Notes under the pieces: generated by a model
What the model was told of the DNA's origin: nothing
Databases searched by the model: none
The model's input: only the letters and a program-made list of their open reading frames with translations
From: Patescibacteria group bacterium
GTDB lineage: Bacteria > Patescibacteriota > Minisyncoccia > Minisyncoccales > UBA10102
DNA: 64,000 nucleotides
NCBI GenBank assembly: GCA_022563395.1
Contig: JADFNM010000001.1
Location: 462,342 to 526,341, forward strand
Direction of reading: 5' to 3'
Part shown: positions 36,323 to 44,998 of the stretch, piece by piece
Numbering within the stretch: position 1 is the stretch's first letter
Layout: the number at the start of each line of letters is the position of its first letter
Made by a program: the position numbers and the translations under genes

Positions 36323-39300
36323 ATGTACAAACGAGTTGTAGATTTCATGCGCGCTCTACCCCCGCACAAAGGAATGCTCTTTGGCATAACATTTTTTATA
36401 GTACTTTTTTCTATTGTTCCTCTGCGGTTTGCTGAGGCAAACATCTTTTCTGACATCTTTGGGCTAATCAGCAACCTTTGGATTGGCTGGGCGTTTGGAA
36501 TACCGCTTGCCATAATCACCGCCCTGCTGGTCATTGGCGCGCTTTTGGCTGTCTGGCTGTCTGCAGTCCTGGTAACCATCATCAAGTTCTTTATCATATC
36601 CTCTCTTAGCGTACCGATTCTCCCCGGATCTGGGATTGAGGTGGTAACTGTGGGATGGGAGTTCTCACGAGACTTGGTGAATCTTGTCTTTATCCTTATT
36701 CTTGTTTTTATTGGGCTTGCAACTATTTTGCGTATTCAAAATTACCAAGCGCAGCGAGCCCTTCCTCTTTTAATTGTCGTTGCACTTCTTGTGAACTTTA
36801 GCGGTGTGTTTGTTGCTTTCATCGTAGATATTGCCAACCTTGTCACCAATGCCTTTGTGGCAAAACTGGGTGGATTTCATATGGCAGTCGCGGGATCTAA
36901 GGCGATTCTCGAATCTTTAGCAACGGGCCTCGTCGGCATTGTCACCAACCTTACAGACTTTGGCGCCATTCTAGTCCCCCCGATAACGGCAGCAATTTAT
37001 CTTATTTTCTACCTTGTATTTGCGATTATAATGTTTTTGGTCGCCCTTCTCATTATTGTGCGTGTGGGCATTTTGTGGGCACTTACGATTTTAGCACCCC
37101 TTGCATTTGCATCTTACATTCTGCCTGCCACCAGAGGCTTGTGGAATCAGTGGCTCAAACAGCTTATCCAGTGGTCCATTATTGGCATACCCATAGCATT
37201 TTTCCTCTGGCTTGCCCAAACCGCTGCAGCCGGTGCTACAAACATTAAAAATGCGTTCATGCTGGGGATTAGACCTGAGTGCTATAACCCTGCCTCCGAA
37301 GAATTCTTGAATGGGGCAGGATGCCTTAATGGGGCGGATCCTGGACTGATGAATGTTATCGCAAACCTTATGGGTCCTATGGTTGCTCTTCTCTTGGTTG
37401 TAATGGGAATTATAGTGGCGATGCAGTTTGCTCCTGCTGGAGCAAACCAGGTTATTAACCTTGGAAAGAAATGGGGGCCGAAGGGCGGAGCTGCTCTTGG
37501 AACTTTTGCATGGAGAAGAATGGGGGCTGGTATAGAAAAGTTTGGGGGGAATATCAGGAAGCGGGCACAAGGCACATGGGATGTTGAAAAAGACACGCTT
37601 ACTAGGGGCGAAAAAGTTCTTGGGGCAATAGGAAGAACAACACGCCTTGAAAAAATTAACTTGGGCCGCTTTGGAAAAAGGGGGGCAGAGATTTTTGGCA
37701 CGGTTATTGAGACTGGGAGTAGAAAAACAACTGCCCAAATGCACAAACGGGATGACGCTGAAATAGCTAAAGCATTAAAAGCAGGCACAAACCAAGATTT
37801 CAATGACAACTTCGGCGATATGACAATCGCTGCAAAAAGAAAAGATTGGAATACCTATCTTGGGAAGCTGGTTGCTACCATAGATAAAAATGGAGACACC
37901 GATGAAGTCAGAAAGGCAGCAAACTCTGGAAAACTGAGCTGGAAAGATATTGATGCAGCCCTACAGCATGCAGAGCACCATGGGAATCCTGATTACTTCC
38001 GTCCTATTATAAAGGGGCTACGCGGTAAAATGCAGGATGGCACAAAAACGGAAGATGGCACCTTGCTACATCCACAGGAATCAAACCTTGCAACTATTGA
38101 TGAAAAAACGAAAGTTCGAGACATTACAGAAAAAGTTGTAGACCTAGAAAGTATTATGGGCACACCCGAAGGAGAGGAGGTACTAAACGGATATTTCTTA
38201 AATGCTGATTCTAACATTACAACGGCAGTGATGCGACATCCGAACAGAGCGGTGCGGGAATGGGCAGTGCAACATGCAGAATCGCTGGGCGCAGACTGGT
38301 TTCTTGAGAACAACAGGCGAGATACACTTGAAACGATTGTCAGCTCGGGAGGAAGAAGCATGGGCGTGCCTGTGTTTGGCGGACTAGCTCGCGACGGGAT
38401 TCGCCGAATGGCGGTTGAAAGAACAGGGCGTATGAGCGACGAGGAGCTTGAACAAAAAATTGAGAGGACGAATGATCAAATAGGGGGATTGAGGGTGCGC
38501 GAAGAAGAAGAACGGGCGGCTGGAAGAAAACCAGGAACAATCAAAAATCAGAGAGGGCAGCTTGAGAAAGAACGTACGGAAGCCCAGGAGGCGCTCCGCC
38601 TGCGCAGACTTTCTCCAGAGGATTTGCAACAAGAAAGAGTGGATCGCCAGTCCGAGATTGGCAACATAGACCAACAATTTGCCGCCAAAACGATAGACGG
38701 GGATGAATACTACCGTCAAAAAGCACAGCCACAGCGAAACCTTGAGCGCACGGAACAAGAGCTAGAAAGGAGGGGAGTTGCTACGCCCGAAAAAGAACCG
38801 GTCTCAGGGGAAAGAGCAAAACTCCAAGAATCTACCGGCCCCATAGGAAAGACTTACCAGCAATGGACGAAACAAATACAGCGAGCGAGAGAGCTCGGGG
38901 CTTCGCTTCCAGAACTTCATGCGCGTGTTATGGGTCTAAGAGACGAAAAGGAGCGTGATCGCGCATCAAATATGCTTATAGAGCTTGGAACTAAGGCCGA
39001 AGCGGAACAAGAAGTTGCACAGGAATTCATTGCTTCAATTCTTACAGTATCAAAAGAATCTGAAGGTCTTTCAGTAAAAGAACAAAGAGAGGCGATAAAC
39101 CCCCTCAAGCTTGACGCCGAACGAAGTTCCGCAATGAACGAAGTAAAAAACACGCTGAAAAAGCTTCGAGCAAACTTAGAGAAGGCAGAAAGCAAACAAC
39201 GCGATGAAGAACCCCCAGCTCCTCCCGGAGAAACCCCTGGAGGCCCCATTCCGCCGCCTTCTCCGCCACCACCACCGCCTAACACAGGAAGGGCCCCAGT

Positions 39301-39589
39301 ACCTCCTCCGTCTCCTCCGCCCCCAGGGGGGAGTCCTGCTGTGCCTCGTCCCCCACAACCACCAACAAGAGGAGGTGGGGAAGCTAAAATTACCGTAGAA
39401 CGAAAACAGGGGACGCCAGCATGGCTGAGAAAAGGTCTTGCGGACTTGGAGGATGGACAGGCAGTACCAACGATGATATCAAAGCCTCTTCAAAAATACC
39501 TGCACAGCAGAGGAATCACCAAGGAAGAAATGGGTCGCATGAACCCACAACAAGCTTGGGAAAGGGTTGATGAATTATCAAAGGAATGA
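36323..39589 (+). CDS. Polytopic membrane protein (VirB6/TrbL-like by topology and context) with a ~700-aa charged, coiled-coil and polyproline C-terminal extension
   Basis: About 8-9 TM helices in the first ~380 aa, then Glu/Arg/Lys-rich helices and PPPSPPPPPPNTGRAPVPPPSPPPPGG. TATAAT lies 6 nt before the ATG. Confidence 0.5.
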   Translation: MYKRVVDFMRALPPHKGMLFGITFFIVLFSIVPLRFAEANIFSDIFGLISNLWIGWAFGIPLAIITALLVIGALLAVWLSAVLVTIIKFFIISSLSVPILPGSGIEVVTVGWEFSRDLVNLVFILILVFIGLATILRIQNYQAQRALPLLIVVALLVNFSGVFVAFIVDIANLVTNAFVAKLGGFHMAVAGSKAILESLATGLVGIVTNLTDFGAILVPPITAAIYLIFYLVFAIIMFLVALLIIVRVGILWALTILAPLAFASYILPATRGLWNQWLKQLIQWSIIGIPIAFFLWLAQTAAAGATNIKNAFMLGIRPECYNPASEEFLNGAGCLNGADPGLMNVIANLMGPMVALLLVVMGIIVAMQFAPAGANQVINLGKKWGPKGGAALGTFAWRRMGAGIEKFGGNIRKRAQGTWDVEKDTLTRGEKVLGAIGRTTRLEKINLGRFGKRGAEIFGTVIETGSRKTTAQMHKRDDAEIAKALKAGTNQDFNDNFGDMTIAAKRKDWNTYLGKLVATIDKNGDTDEVRKAANSGKLSWKDIDAALQHAEHHGNPDYFRPIIKGLRGKMQDGTKTEDGTLLHPQESNLATIDEKTKVRDITEKVVDLESIMGTPEGEEVLNGYFLNADSNITTAVMRHPNRAVREWAVQHAESLGADWFLENNRRDTLETIVSSGGRSMGVPVFGGLARDGIRRMAVERTGRMSDEELEQKIERTNDQIGGLRVREEEERAAGRKPGTIKNQRGQLEKERTEAQEALRLRRLSPEDLQQERVDRQSEIGNIDQQFAAKTIDGDEYYRQKAQPQRNLERTEQELERRGVATPEKEPVSGERAKLQESTGPIGKTYQQWTKQIQRARELGASLPELHARVMGLRDEKERDRASNMLIELGTKAEAEQEVAQEFIASILTVSKESEGLSVKEQREAINPLKLDAERSSAMNEVKNTLKKLRANLEKAESKQRDEEPPAPPGETPGGPIPPPSPPPPPPNTGRAPVPPPSPPPPGGSPAVPRPPQPPTRGGGEAKITVERKQGTPAWLRKGLADLEDGQAVPTMISKPLQKYLHSRGITKEEMGRMNPQQAWERVDELSKE

Positions 39590-39622
39590 AGAAAAGAATG
39601 GAAAGTACCTTAAAATAAGAAA

Positions 39623-39673
39623 AAGGAGAGAAGGTACTCATGACATTGTGGTGTCATTTTCCCCTCTCTCCTT
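39623..39673. terminator. Long hairpin between convergent genes; T-tract on the minus-strand side
   Basis: AAGGAGAGAAGG..ATGACA-ttgtgg-TGTCAT..CCCTCTCTCCTT. On the minus strand it is followed by TTTTTCTTATTTT. Confidence 0.5.
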
Positions 39674-39703
39674 GCTTGAGCGAGGTGCCCCTAGCTTTGT
39701 TTG

Positions 39704-40012
39704 CTAGGGGAGCTGCAGACCCGGAGGCGGGTCGCCAGACGCATCCTCCTCAAAGATCTCCAGGAGGCGCTTGGCAAGCTCTTTCGCCTGCCTCGCTTCC
39801 TCAGCCTGTGCCTCGGCCTGCATGATCTTGACCCGGGCCTCCACCACCACCCCCGCCTTGTTATAGGCGGCGGCGACCAGTGCCCTGTTGGCGCCTTCAA
39901 GACGCCTCTTCCCTTTGCCGTGCCACCATCCGACGACGATCTTGACCAGCAAGATGACCGCCAGTACGATGGCGAACGCCACTGCCAGCCAGAATGCCCA
40001 CGCTTCAATCAT
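39704..40012 (-). CDS. Small single-TM protein in a GC-rich cassette, hypothetical
   Basis: 102-aa ORF with a canonical SD GGAGGA 8 nt upstream, an N-terminal TM and an Ala/Glu-rich helix. About 60% GC against about 40-45% in the flanks. Confidence 0.45.
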   Translation of the reverse strand: MIEAWAFWLAVAFAIVLAVILLVKIVVGWWHGKGKRRLEGANRALVAAAYNKAGVVVEARVKIMQAEAQAEEARQAKELAKRLLEIFEEDASGDPPPGLQLP

Positions 40013-40236
40013 GACGTCTTTCCTCCCCGAAGATGTGTGATCGGACTAGGAATCTTCCGCCCTCATCGCCTTGCTCAGTGGCTGAAGCGGCCTGTGGGCG
40101 CTCCAGAGAGCCTGCGGCGTAGAGTCTGCTGCCGCGCGTTCCTCCTTCTTCTATTCTCTCCTTTCTGGTCACTTTGGAATTTTAACTAGGAGGGCTGGTG
40201 CCATCTCCTATCCATCTCCTCATGAACTTCGCCCAT

Positions 40237-40265
40237 AGTATACACTAAAACGTTAAAAATGTCAA
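40237..40265 (-). promoter_or_regulatory. Near-consensus promoter TTGACA-17-TATACT on the minus strand
   Basis: Read from the reverse complement. Would give a ~220-nt leader before the ATG at 40012. Confidence 0.45.
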
Positions 40266-40274
40266 GCGCCTATC

Positions 40275-40706
40275 ATGCCCCCCAAATACACCCAAGAACA
40301 ACTAGATAAAATCTATGAAAAGCTCCCAGAAGAGCTTAAGGAAGCCATCTTCTCCGTGGAGACAGCACAAGATATTGGAGAGGTCGGCGACAGCTATGGG
40401 GTGACCGACGAGCGTCTCAACAAAATCTCTGAATATGTCGGACATGTCTTGATGGGGCTCTTGCTTCCTCAAGAGTTTGCCGGAGTGCTGGAAAAAGACG
40501 TAAAACTTCCTAAGGTATTGGCCAAGGCCATTGCTCGAGATTTGAACAGGCTGGTATTCTATCCGGTAAAACCAGCTTTAGAAGAGCTCCACCAAATGGA
40601 AATTAAGGTTACAGCCAAGGTTGTTACTCCAAAACCAGAGGAAGAAGAAAAACCACCAGAAGAACCAGGAAGAGAAGATAAGTATAGAGAATCGTTGGAA
40701 CAATAA
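40275..40706 (+). CDS. Hypothetical protein of the T4SS-like module
   Basis: 143-aa ORF with an acidic C-terminus. Its stop abuts the next start (TAAATG). Confidence 0.5.
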   Translation: MPPKYTQEQLDKIYEKLPEELKEAIFSVETAQDIGEVGDSYGVTDERLNKISEYVGHVLMGLLLPQEFAGVLEKDVKLPKVLAKAIARDLNRLVFYPVKPALEELHQMEIKVTAKVVTPKPEEEEKPPEEPGREDKYRESLEQ

Positions 40707-41141
40707 ATGAGATTTCAGGTACCACAATTCATAGAGCATGAGGCCAAGGTAATAGGGCCTCTCACCTTCCGTCAGTTTATTTACATAGGCATTCCAGCTG
40801 CCGTTGCATTCTTTTTATATTTTTTAGTCACCTTTTTTGTATTTATTGTAGCCGCTGTTTTTCTGGGAGCTCTTGGCTTCATGTTCGCCTTTATAAAAAT
40901 AGGGGGAAGAAGCTTACCCAGCATCTTGCTAAACTTCTTTAACTTTACCATTGCCCCAAAAAGATACATCTGGCGCAAAGGTCAAGCCCCACTACCAACA
41001 TCCGTTGGCATGGGGATAGCCTCACACCTTGGCAAGGTGGCGGGGGAACAATCCTCTCAAGAAACCCCCAAGCGAGAAATTAAGCTTGTCCAAAAGAGTA
41101 AGATAAAAGACCTCGCAACAAGAGTAGAAACCAACCGTTAA
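40707..41141 (+). CDS. PrgI/VirB3-like small membrane protein
   Basis: MRFQVPQFIEHEAKVIGPLTFRQFIY followed by two TM helices, as in PrgI-family proteins that precede VirB4. Confidence 0.55.
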   Translation: MRFQVPQFIEHEAKVIGPLTFRQFIYIGIPAAVAFFLYFLVTFFVFIVAAVFLGALGFMFAFIKIGGRSLPSILLNFFNFTIAPKRYIWRKGQAPLPTSVGMGIASHLGKVAGEQSSQETPKREIKLVQKSKIKDLATRVETNR

Positions 41142-41143
41142 AT

Positions 41144-41185
41144 ATGAACCACTCGCTTTGCTCAGAACCATATATTTCTCACTAA
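41144..41185 (+). promoter_or_regulatory. 13-codon mini-ORF cassette (MNHSLCSEPYISH) between the PrgI-like and VirB4-N-like genes
   Basis: About 80% nt identity to 62624-62665 (MNHSRSLKPYISY). Stop lies 10 nt before the ATG at 41196. Confidence 0.5.
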
Positions 41186-41195
41186 CGTTCAAAAT

Positions 41196-41834
41196 ATGGT
41201 GAACGCATCTACGCAAAACTTTTTGGAGATTGATGAGATTAAAGAGGGAATGTTGGTATTAAAAACCCGCCAGCTCCGGGGCGTATTAATGGTGTCTTCT
41301 GCAAACTTTGCGTTAAAGTCAGCAGAAGAACAGCAGGCCATTATCTTTCAGTTTCAGAACTTTTTAAACTCCTTGGACTTTTCTTTGCAGATTGTGGTGC
41401 AGTCCAGAAGGTTGAACATTACAGGATACCTGGACGCCTTAAAAAATCTTGAGCAAAACCAGCAAAACGAGCTGCTCCGCGCACAGACCGCAGACTACCG
41501 GGCATTTGTAGAACAGCTTATTAAGGGGAGTTCTATCATGGCAAAGAACTTCTTTGTGGTAGTCCCCTTTTCTTTAGGTGAGGTAATTGGAGGAGTACAG
41601 AAGGAAAAACAGCAAGAGAAAAAAACCGGAAAGCTTTCTGAAAGCCAATTCCAAAGAATGAAGAACCAGTTGTGGCAAAGAATGGAGTTTGCTGCCCTGG
41701 GCTTGCGCAGAACAGGACTTCAGGTAGTTCCCTTAAACACAGAAGAGTTAATTGAGCTTTTCTGGAGTTGGCACCACCCACAGGAAGCAGAGGTTGGATA
41801 TTACCCAGAAATACCCCCCGAAGTACTGAAATGA
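41196..41834 (+). CDS. VirB4 N-terminal-domain-like protein
   Basis: IDEIKEGMLVLKTRQLRGVLMVSSANFALKSAEEQQAII..FLNSL resembles the N-terminal region of Gram-positive-type VirB4. ATGA overlap with the next gene. Confidence 0.45.
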   Translation: MVNASTQNFLEIDEIKEGMLVLKTRQLRGVLMVSSANFALKSAEEQQAIIFQFQNFLNSLDFSLQIVVQSRRLNITGYLDALKNLEQNQQNELLRAQTADYRAFVEQLIKGSSIMAKNFFVVVPFSLGEVIGGVQKEKQQEKKTGKLSESQFQRMKNQLWQRMEFAALGLRRTGLQVVPLNTEELIELFWSWHHPQEAEVGYYPEIPPEVLK

Positions 41835-43615
41835 TAAACATTCCTTTTTTCAAAAAGAAACAGCAGGTTCCAGAAAGAATTTTTGAAACCGCAGTCACCA
41901 CCGCAATAGACATCATTGCGCCGGCTTCGGTCCAGATAAACCCTGGGTATTTAGACATGTCGGGGAGAATGGCAAAGTCCTTCTTTGTGTTTTCTTACCC
42001 CCGCTACCTTTCTGCCGCCTGGCTCTCTTCTGTTATTAACCTGGATGTACCAATGGAAATCTCCATGTTTATACATCCTATAGACACTGGCTACATCTTA
42101 AAACGACTAAGGCGCAGTGTGACCGAGGTGCAGTCAGAATTAATGGAGAAACAAGAAAAGGGGCTGGTGCGTGATCCAGAGCTTGAAACCGCATTCCAGG
42201 ACCTGGAAGGATTGAGAGACCGCTTGCAAACAGCTCAGGAGAAAATGTTTCGCTTTGGCTTGTATCTCACCATTTACGGAGAAACGCAAGAGGAACTGAG
42301 ATCGATTGAGACAACACTGCGTTCTATTTTTGAGTCCCGCTTAATTTACATTAAACCTGCCTTGTACCAGCAAAAAGAGGGATTTAACTCCTGCCTGCCC
42401 TACGGAAGAGACCTTTTGCAGGTGCACACTCCCCTAAACACAGAGCCCTTATCTTCTACTTTTCCCTTTGTTTCATTTGACTTAAGCTCCAACGAAGGAA
42501 TCTTGTACGGCATTAACCGCCACAACAATTCCTTGATTCTGTTTGACAGGTTTTCTTTGGAAAACGCCAACGAGGTTATCTTTGCAAAGTCTGGCTCTGG
42601 GAAATCATATGCGATAAAGCTAGAAATTCTGCGTTCTTTAATGACCGGCGTAGACGTGGTAGTCTTGGATCCAGAAAATGAGTACAAACCTTTGGCAGAA
42701 GCCGTGGGGGGGAGCTTCTTTGACATCTCTCTTGGTTCCGAAAACCACATTAACCCCTTTGACCTGCCACCCCCAAGGGAAGACGAAAAGCCAGAAGACG
42801 TCCTGCGTTCAAACATCATTAACTTAGTGGGATTAATGCGTTTAATGCTTGGCGGTCTAACCCCAGAAGAAGACGCCATTATGGATCGGGCTTTAACGGA
42901 GACGTATGCTGCAAAAGACATCACCCTTGAATCTGACCCTGCCTTGTGGGAGCAAAACATCCCCTTAATGGAAGACTTGGAGCAGGTATTGGGGGGCATG
43001 GAGGGAACAGAATCCTTGGTGCGAAGAATTAGAAAGTTCACCAAGGGAACCTATGCCAATTTCTTTAACCAGCCCACCAACATCTCTTTGGATAAGTCCC
43101 TTATTTCCTTTGGCATTCGAGACATGGAAGAAGGCCTTCGTCCCATGGCAATGTATATTATCATGCGCTACATCTGGAACATTGTAAAATCTAAATTAAA
43201 GCGCAGATTATTTGTGTTGGATGAAGCCTGGTGGATCATGCAGTCAGAAGACGGGGCCTCTTTCTTGTACGGCATTGCAAAGCGGGCAAGGAAATACTAC
43301 CTGGGGGTTACCACCATTACGCAAGATGTGGGGGATTTCTTGAGATCTAAATACGGAAAGCCAATTATTACCAACTCTTCTATCCAGATTTTAATGAAGC
43401 AGTCTCCTGCTAGCATTGAGGTGGTGCAAAAGGCATTTAATCTTACCAATGAAGAAAAGATGCTGTTGCTGGAAACCGAGGTGGGAGAGGGCATATTCTT
43501 TGCGGGGCAAAAGCATGTTGCCATAAAGGTGGTGGCCTCTCCCAAAGAACACGAGATTATTACCACCTCCCCAGAAGAGTTGCTGCGAAGAAAACAACAA
43601 CAATCAAACGCATAG
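41831..43615 (+). CDS. virB4: VirB4-family T4SS ATPase
   Basis: Walker A FAKSGSGKSY and Walker B-like RRLFVLDEAW, with a conserved N-terminal YPRYLSAAWLSSVI region. Start at the ATG at 41831. Confidence 0.85.
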   Translation: MINIPFFKKKQQVPERIFETAVTTAIDIIAPASVQINPGYLDMSGRMAKSFFVFSYPRYLSAAWLSSVINLDVPMEISMFIHPIDTGYILKRLRRSVTEVQSELMEKQEKGLVRDPELETAFQDLEGLRDRLQTAQEKMFRFGLYLTIYGETQEELRSIETTLRSIFESRLIYIKPALYQQKEGFNSCLPYGRDLLQVHTPLNTEPLSSTFPFVSFDLSSNEGILYGINRHNNSLILFDRFSLENANEVIFAKSGSGKSYAIKLEILRSLMTGVDVVVLDPENEYKPLAEAVGGSFFDISLGSENHINPFDLPPPREDEKPEDVLRSNIINLVGLMRLMLGGLTPEEDAIMDRALTETYAAKDITLESDPALWEQNIPLMEDLEQVLGGMEGTESLVRRIRKFTKGTYANFFNQPTNISLDKSLISFGIRDMEEGLRPMAMYIIMRYIWNIVKSKLKRRLFVLDEAWWIMQSEDGASFLYGIAKRARKYYLGVTTITQDVGDFLRSKYGKPIITNSSIQILMKQSPASIEVVQKAFNLTNEEKMLLLETEVGEGIFFAGQKHVAIKVVASPKEHEIITTSPEELLRRKQQQSNA

Positions 43616-43636
43616 TGCCTTAACTAAATTATGGAT

Positions 43637-43655
43637 TCCTTAATCTCGTTAAGGA
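43637..43655. repeat. Hairpin-family copy TCCTTAATCTCGTTAAGGA
   Basis: Lies 20-38 nt upstream of the ATG at 43675. Confidence 0.8.
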
Positions 43656-43674
43656 AACGCCCAAGGTATATACA

Positions 43675-44127
43675 ATGGCAGAAGCTGTAAGCATAACGTC
43701 CCAAGAGCTGGAGCATCCTCAAGGTGAGGATGTAGAGCAGCAGCAAGCTGAATCCCGGGCAAGCTTTCTGGACCCAGATGTGTTGCTGTTTGCCCTCCCC
43801 TTTGCTGTAATCATTGATATCCTCGACGTTGTCTTGGCTATTGGGGTAATTGTAAACCTCTTCATCGGTCTCCCCCTCCTTGCCTGGATGGTATGGAAAA
43901 CAGGACGAATAGAGGCCGGGAAAGAGCAGGTTGAGAGGGTTCGCCAGGGACCTCAGATGAGAGAAAGATTTCGCCAAAGACAACAAGCACGACTTTCTGC
44001 ACGGCGCGCTGCAACTCGCCGTGCCCTGAGACGAGGCCTTCTCTACTTTCTCGCCGGACTAATCCCGATTGTAAGCATCTTTGTTCTTTGGACATGGGCA
44101 GTGATTTCCACCATAAGAGGAAAATGA
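43675..44127 (+). CDS. Membrane protein, hypothetical (T4SS-like module)
   Basis: 150-aa ORF with three TM helices and an Arg-rich loop. Confidence 0.5.
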   Translation: MAEAVSITSQELEHPQGEDVEQQQAESRASFLDPDVLLFALPFAVIIDILDVVLAIGVIVNLFIGLPLLAWMVWKTGRIEAGKEQVERVRQGPQMRERFRQRQQARLSARRAATRRALRRGLLYFLAGLIPIVSIFVLWTWAVISTIRGK

Positions 44128-44151
44128 TACACTAAGCTTAGCTAAGAAACC

Positions 44152-44532
44152 ATGAAGCATACAAAGAAAATTATCCTTGCGATGCTGCTTTTAGCCCTTA
44201 TCGTTCCTGTTGCTGTAGATGCAGTCAGGCTCAACTTAACCTATCCGACTTTCCCCGGGGCTCCTGACATTAACCTAGAAGAGAACCAAAGTCTTTCTAG
44301 CATCGTAGCCTGGCTCTACACCATGATTGTTGGCATTTCTGGGTTAGCTGCCTTTGTCATGATTGTGTGGGGTGGGGTGCAGTGGATGACGTCAGCTGGC
44401 AACCCTACAAAAACCTCTGACGCAAAAGACAGGATACAAAAAGCCCTGCTGGGGCTCTTGCTTATCTTGGCTTCCTTCTTGATTCTACAGGTGATTAACC
44501 CAGAGCTTACGTTACTCCGAGAGCCTGGATGA
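44152..44532 (+). CDS. VirB2/TrbC-like T4SS pilin family protein
   Basis: Signal peptide, then two TM helices separated by TSAGNPTKTSDAKDR. Confidence 0.6.
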   Translation: MKHTKKIILAMLLLALIVPVAVDAVRLNLTYPTFPGAPDINLEENQSLSSIVAWLYTMIVGISGLAAFVMIVWGGVQWMTSAGNPTKTSDAKDRIQKALLGLLLILASFLILQVINPELTLLREPG

Positions 44533-44533
44533 T

Positions 44534-44998
44534 CTACAGCTTCTCCTTAATCTTTATCACCACTCTTCTGTCTTCCCCTTCTCCTGCGCTTTCGGTTTCA
44601 ATGTCACTTCTTTCCTGAAGCTCCATATGAACCAGCCTTCTTTCGGCCGGCGACATGGGGGGAAGCTCCTTTGGAGTCTTTAAAAGAGTTACCTCGTCTG
44701 CCGTGGTTCTTGCAAGCTCTCTTACATAGTGCTCTTTGTTCTTTCTATAATCATTAATGTCTAATGCTACGTATACCGGCTCCCCGAACTTCTTTCTCAA
44801 TAGGGACTTTAAGATATACAGAATCTCTGATAAGGTCTGGCCTTTCTCTCCAATATAGAGCTGGGGGTCCTGGCAGGTAACGTCTATTGCAAAACTTCCT
44901 TCTTCTTTTTTAGAAACCCGAATGTCCCCCTCAAGCCCTATTTTGCGCAAGAGCTCTTTTGATGTTTGCTCAATTGTTTCTAATGTTTCGTGTTTCAT
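44534..44998 (-). CDS. jag: Jag-like KH/R3H RNA-binding protein
   Basis: C-terminal R3H motif (ERRLVHMELQ..), positioned after yidC. Confidence 0.8.
   Translation of the reverse strand: MKHETLETIEQTSKELLRKIGLEGDIRVSKKEEGSFAIDVTCQDPQLYIGEKGQTLSEILYILKSLLRKKFGEPVYVALDINDYRKNKEHYVRELARTTADEVTLLKTPKELPPMSPAERRLVHMELQERSDIETESAGEGEDRRVVIKIKEKL

Noticed and set aside
39701-40189. 162-aa plus-strand ORF across the GC-rich block.
   Set aside because: Its Arg/Pro/Leu-rich composition is typical of the antisense frame of a GC-rich gene. It has no promoter or SD. The opposite-strand 102-aa ORF has an SD, a TM helix and a terminator.
40013-40236. Cobalamin riboswitch in the leader of the GC-rich cassette, prompted by GCCACTG.
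   Set aside because: Only that heptamer matches. The B12-box and the GGTG..AA..CC core elements are not visible.
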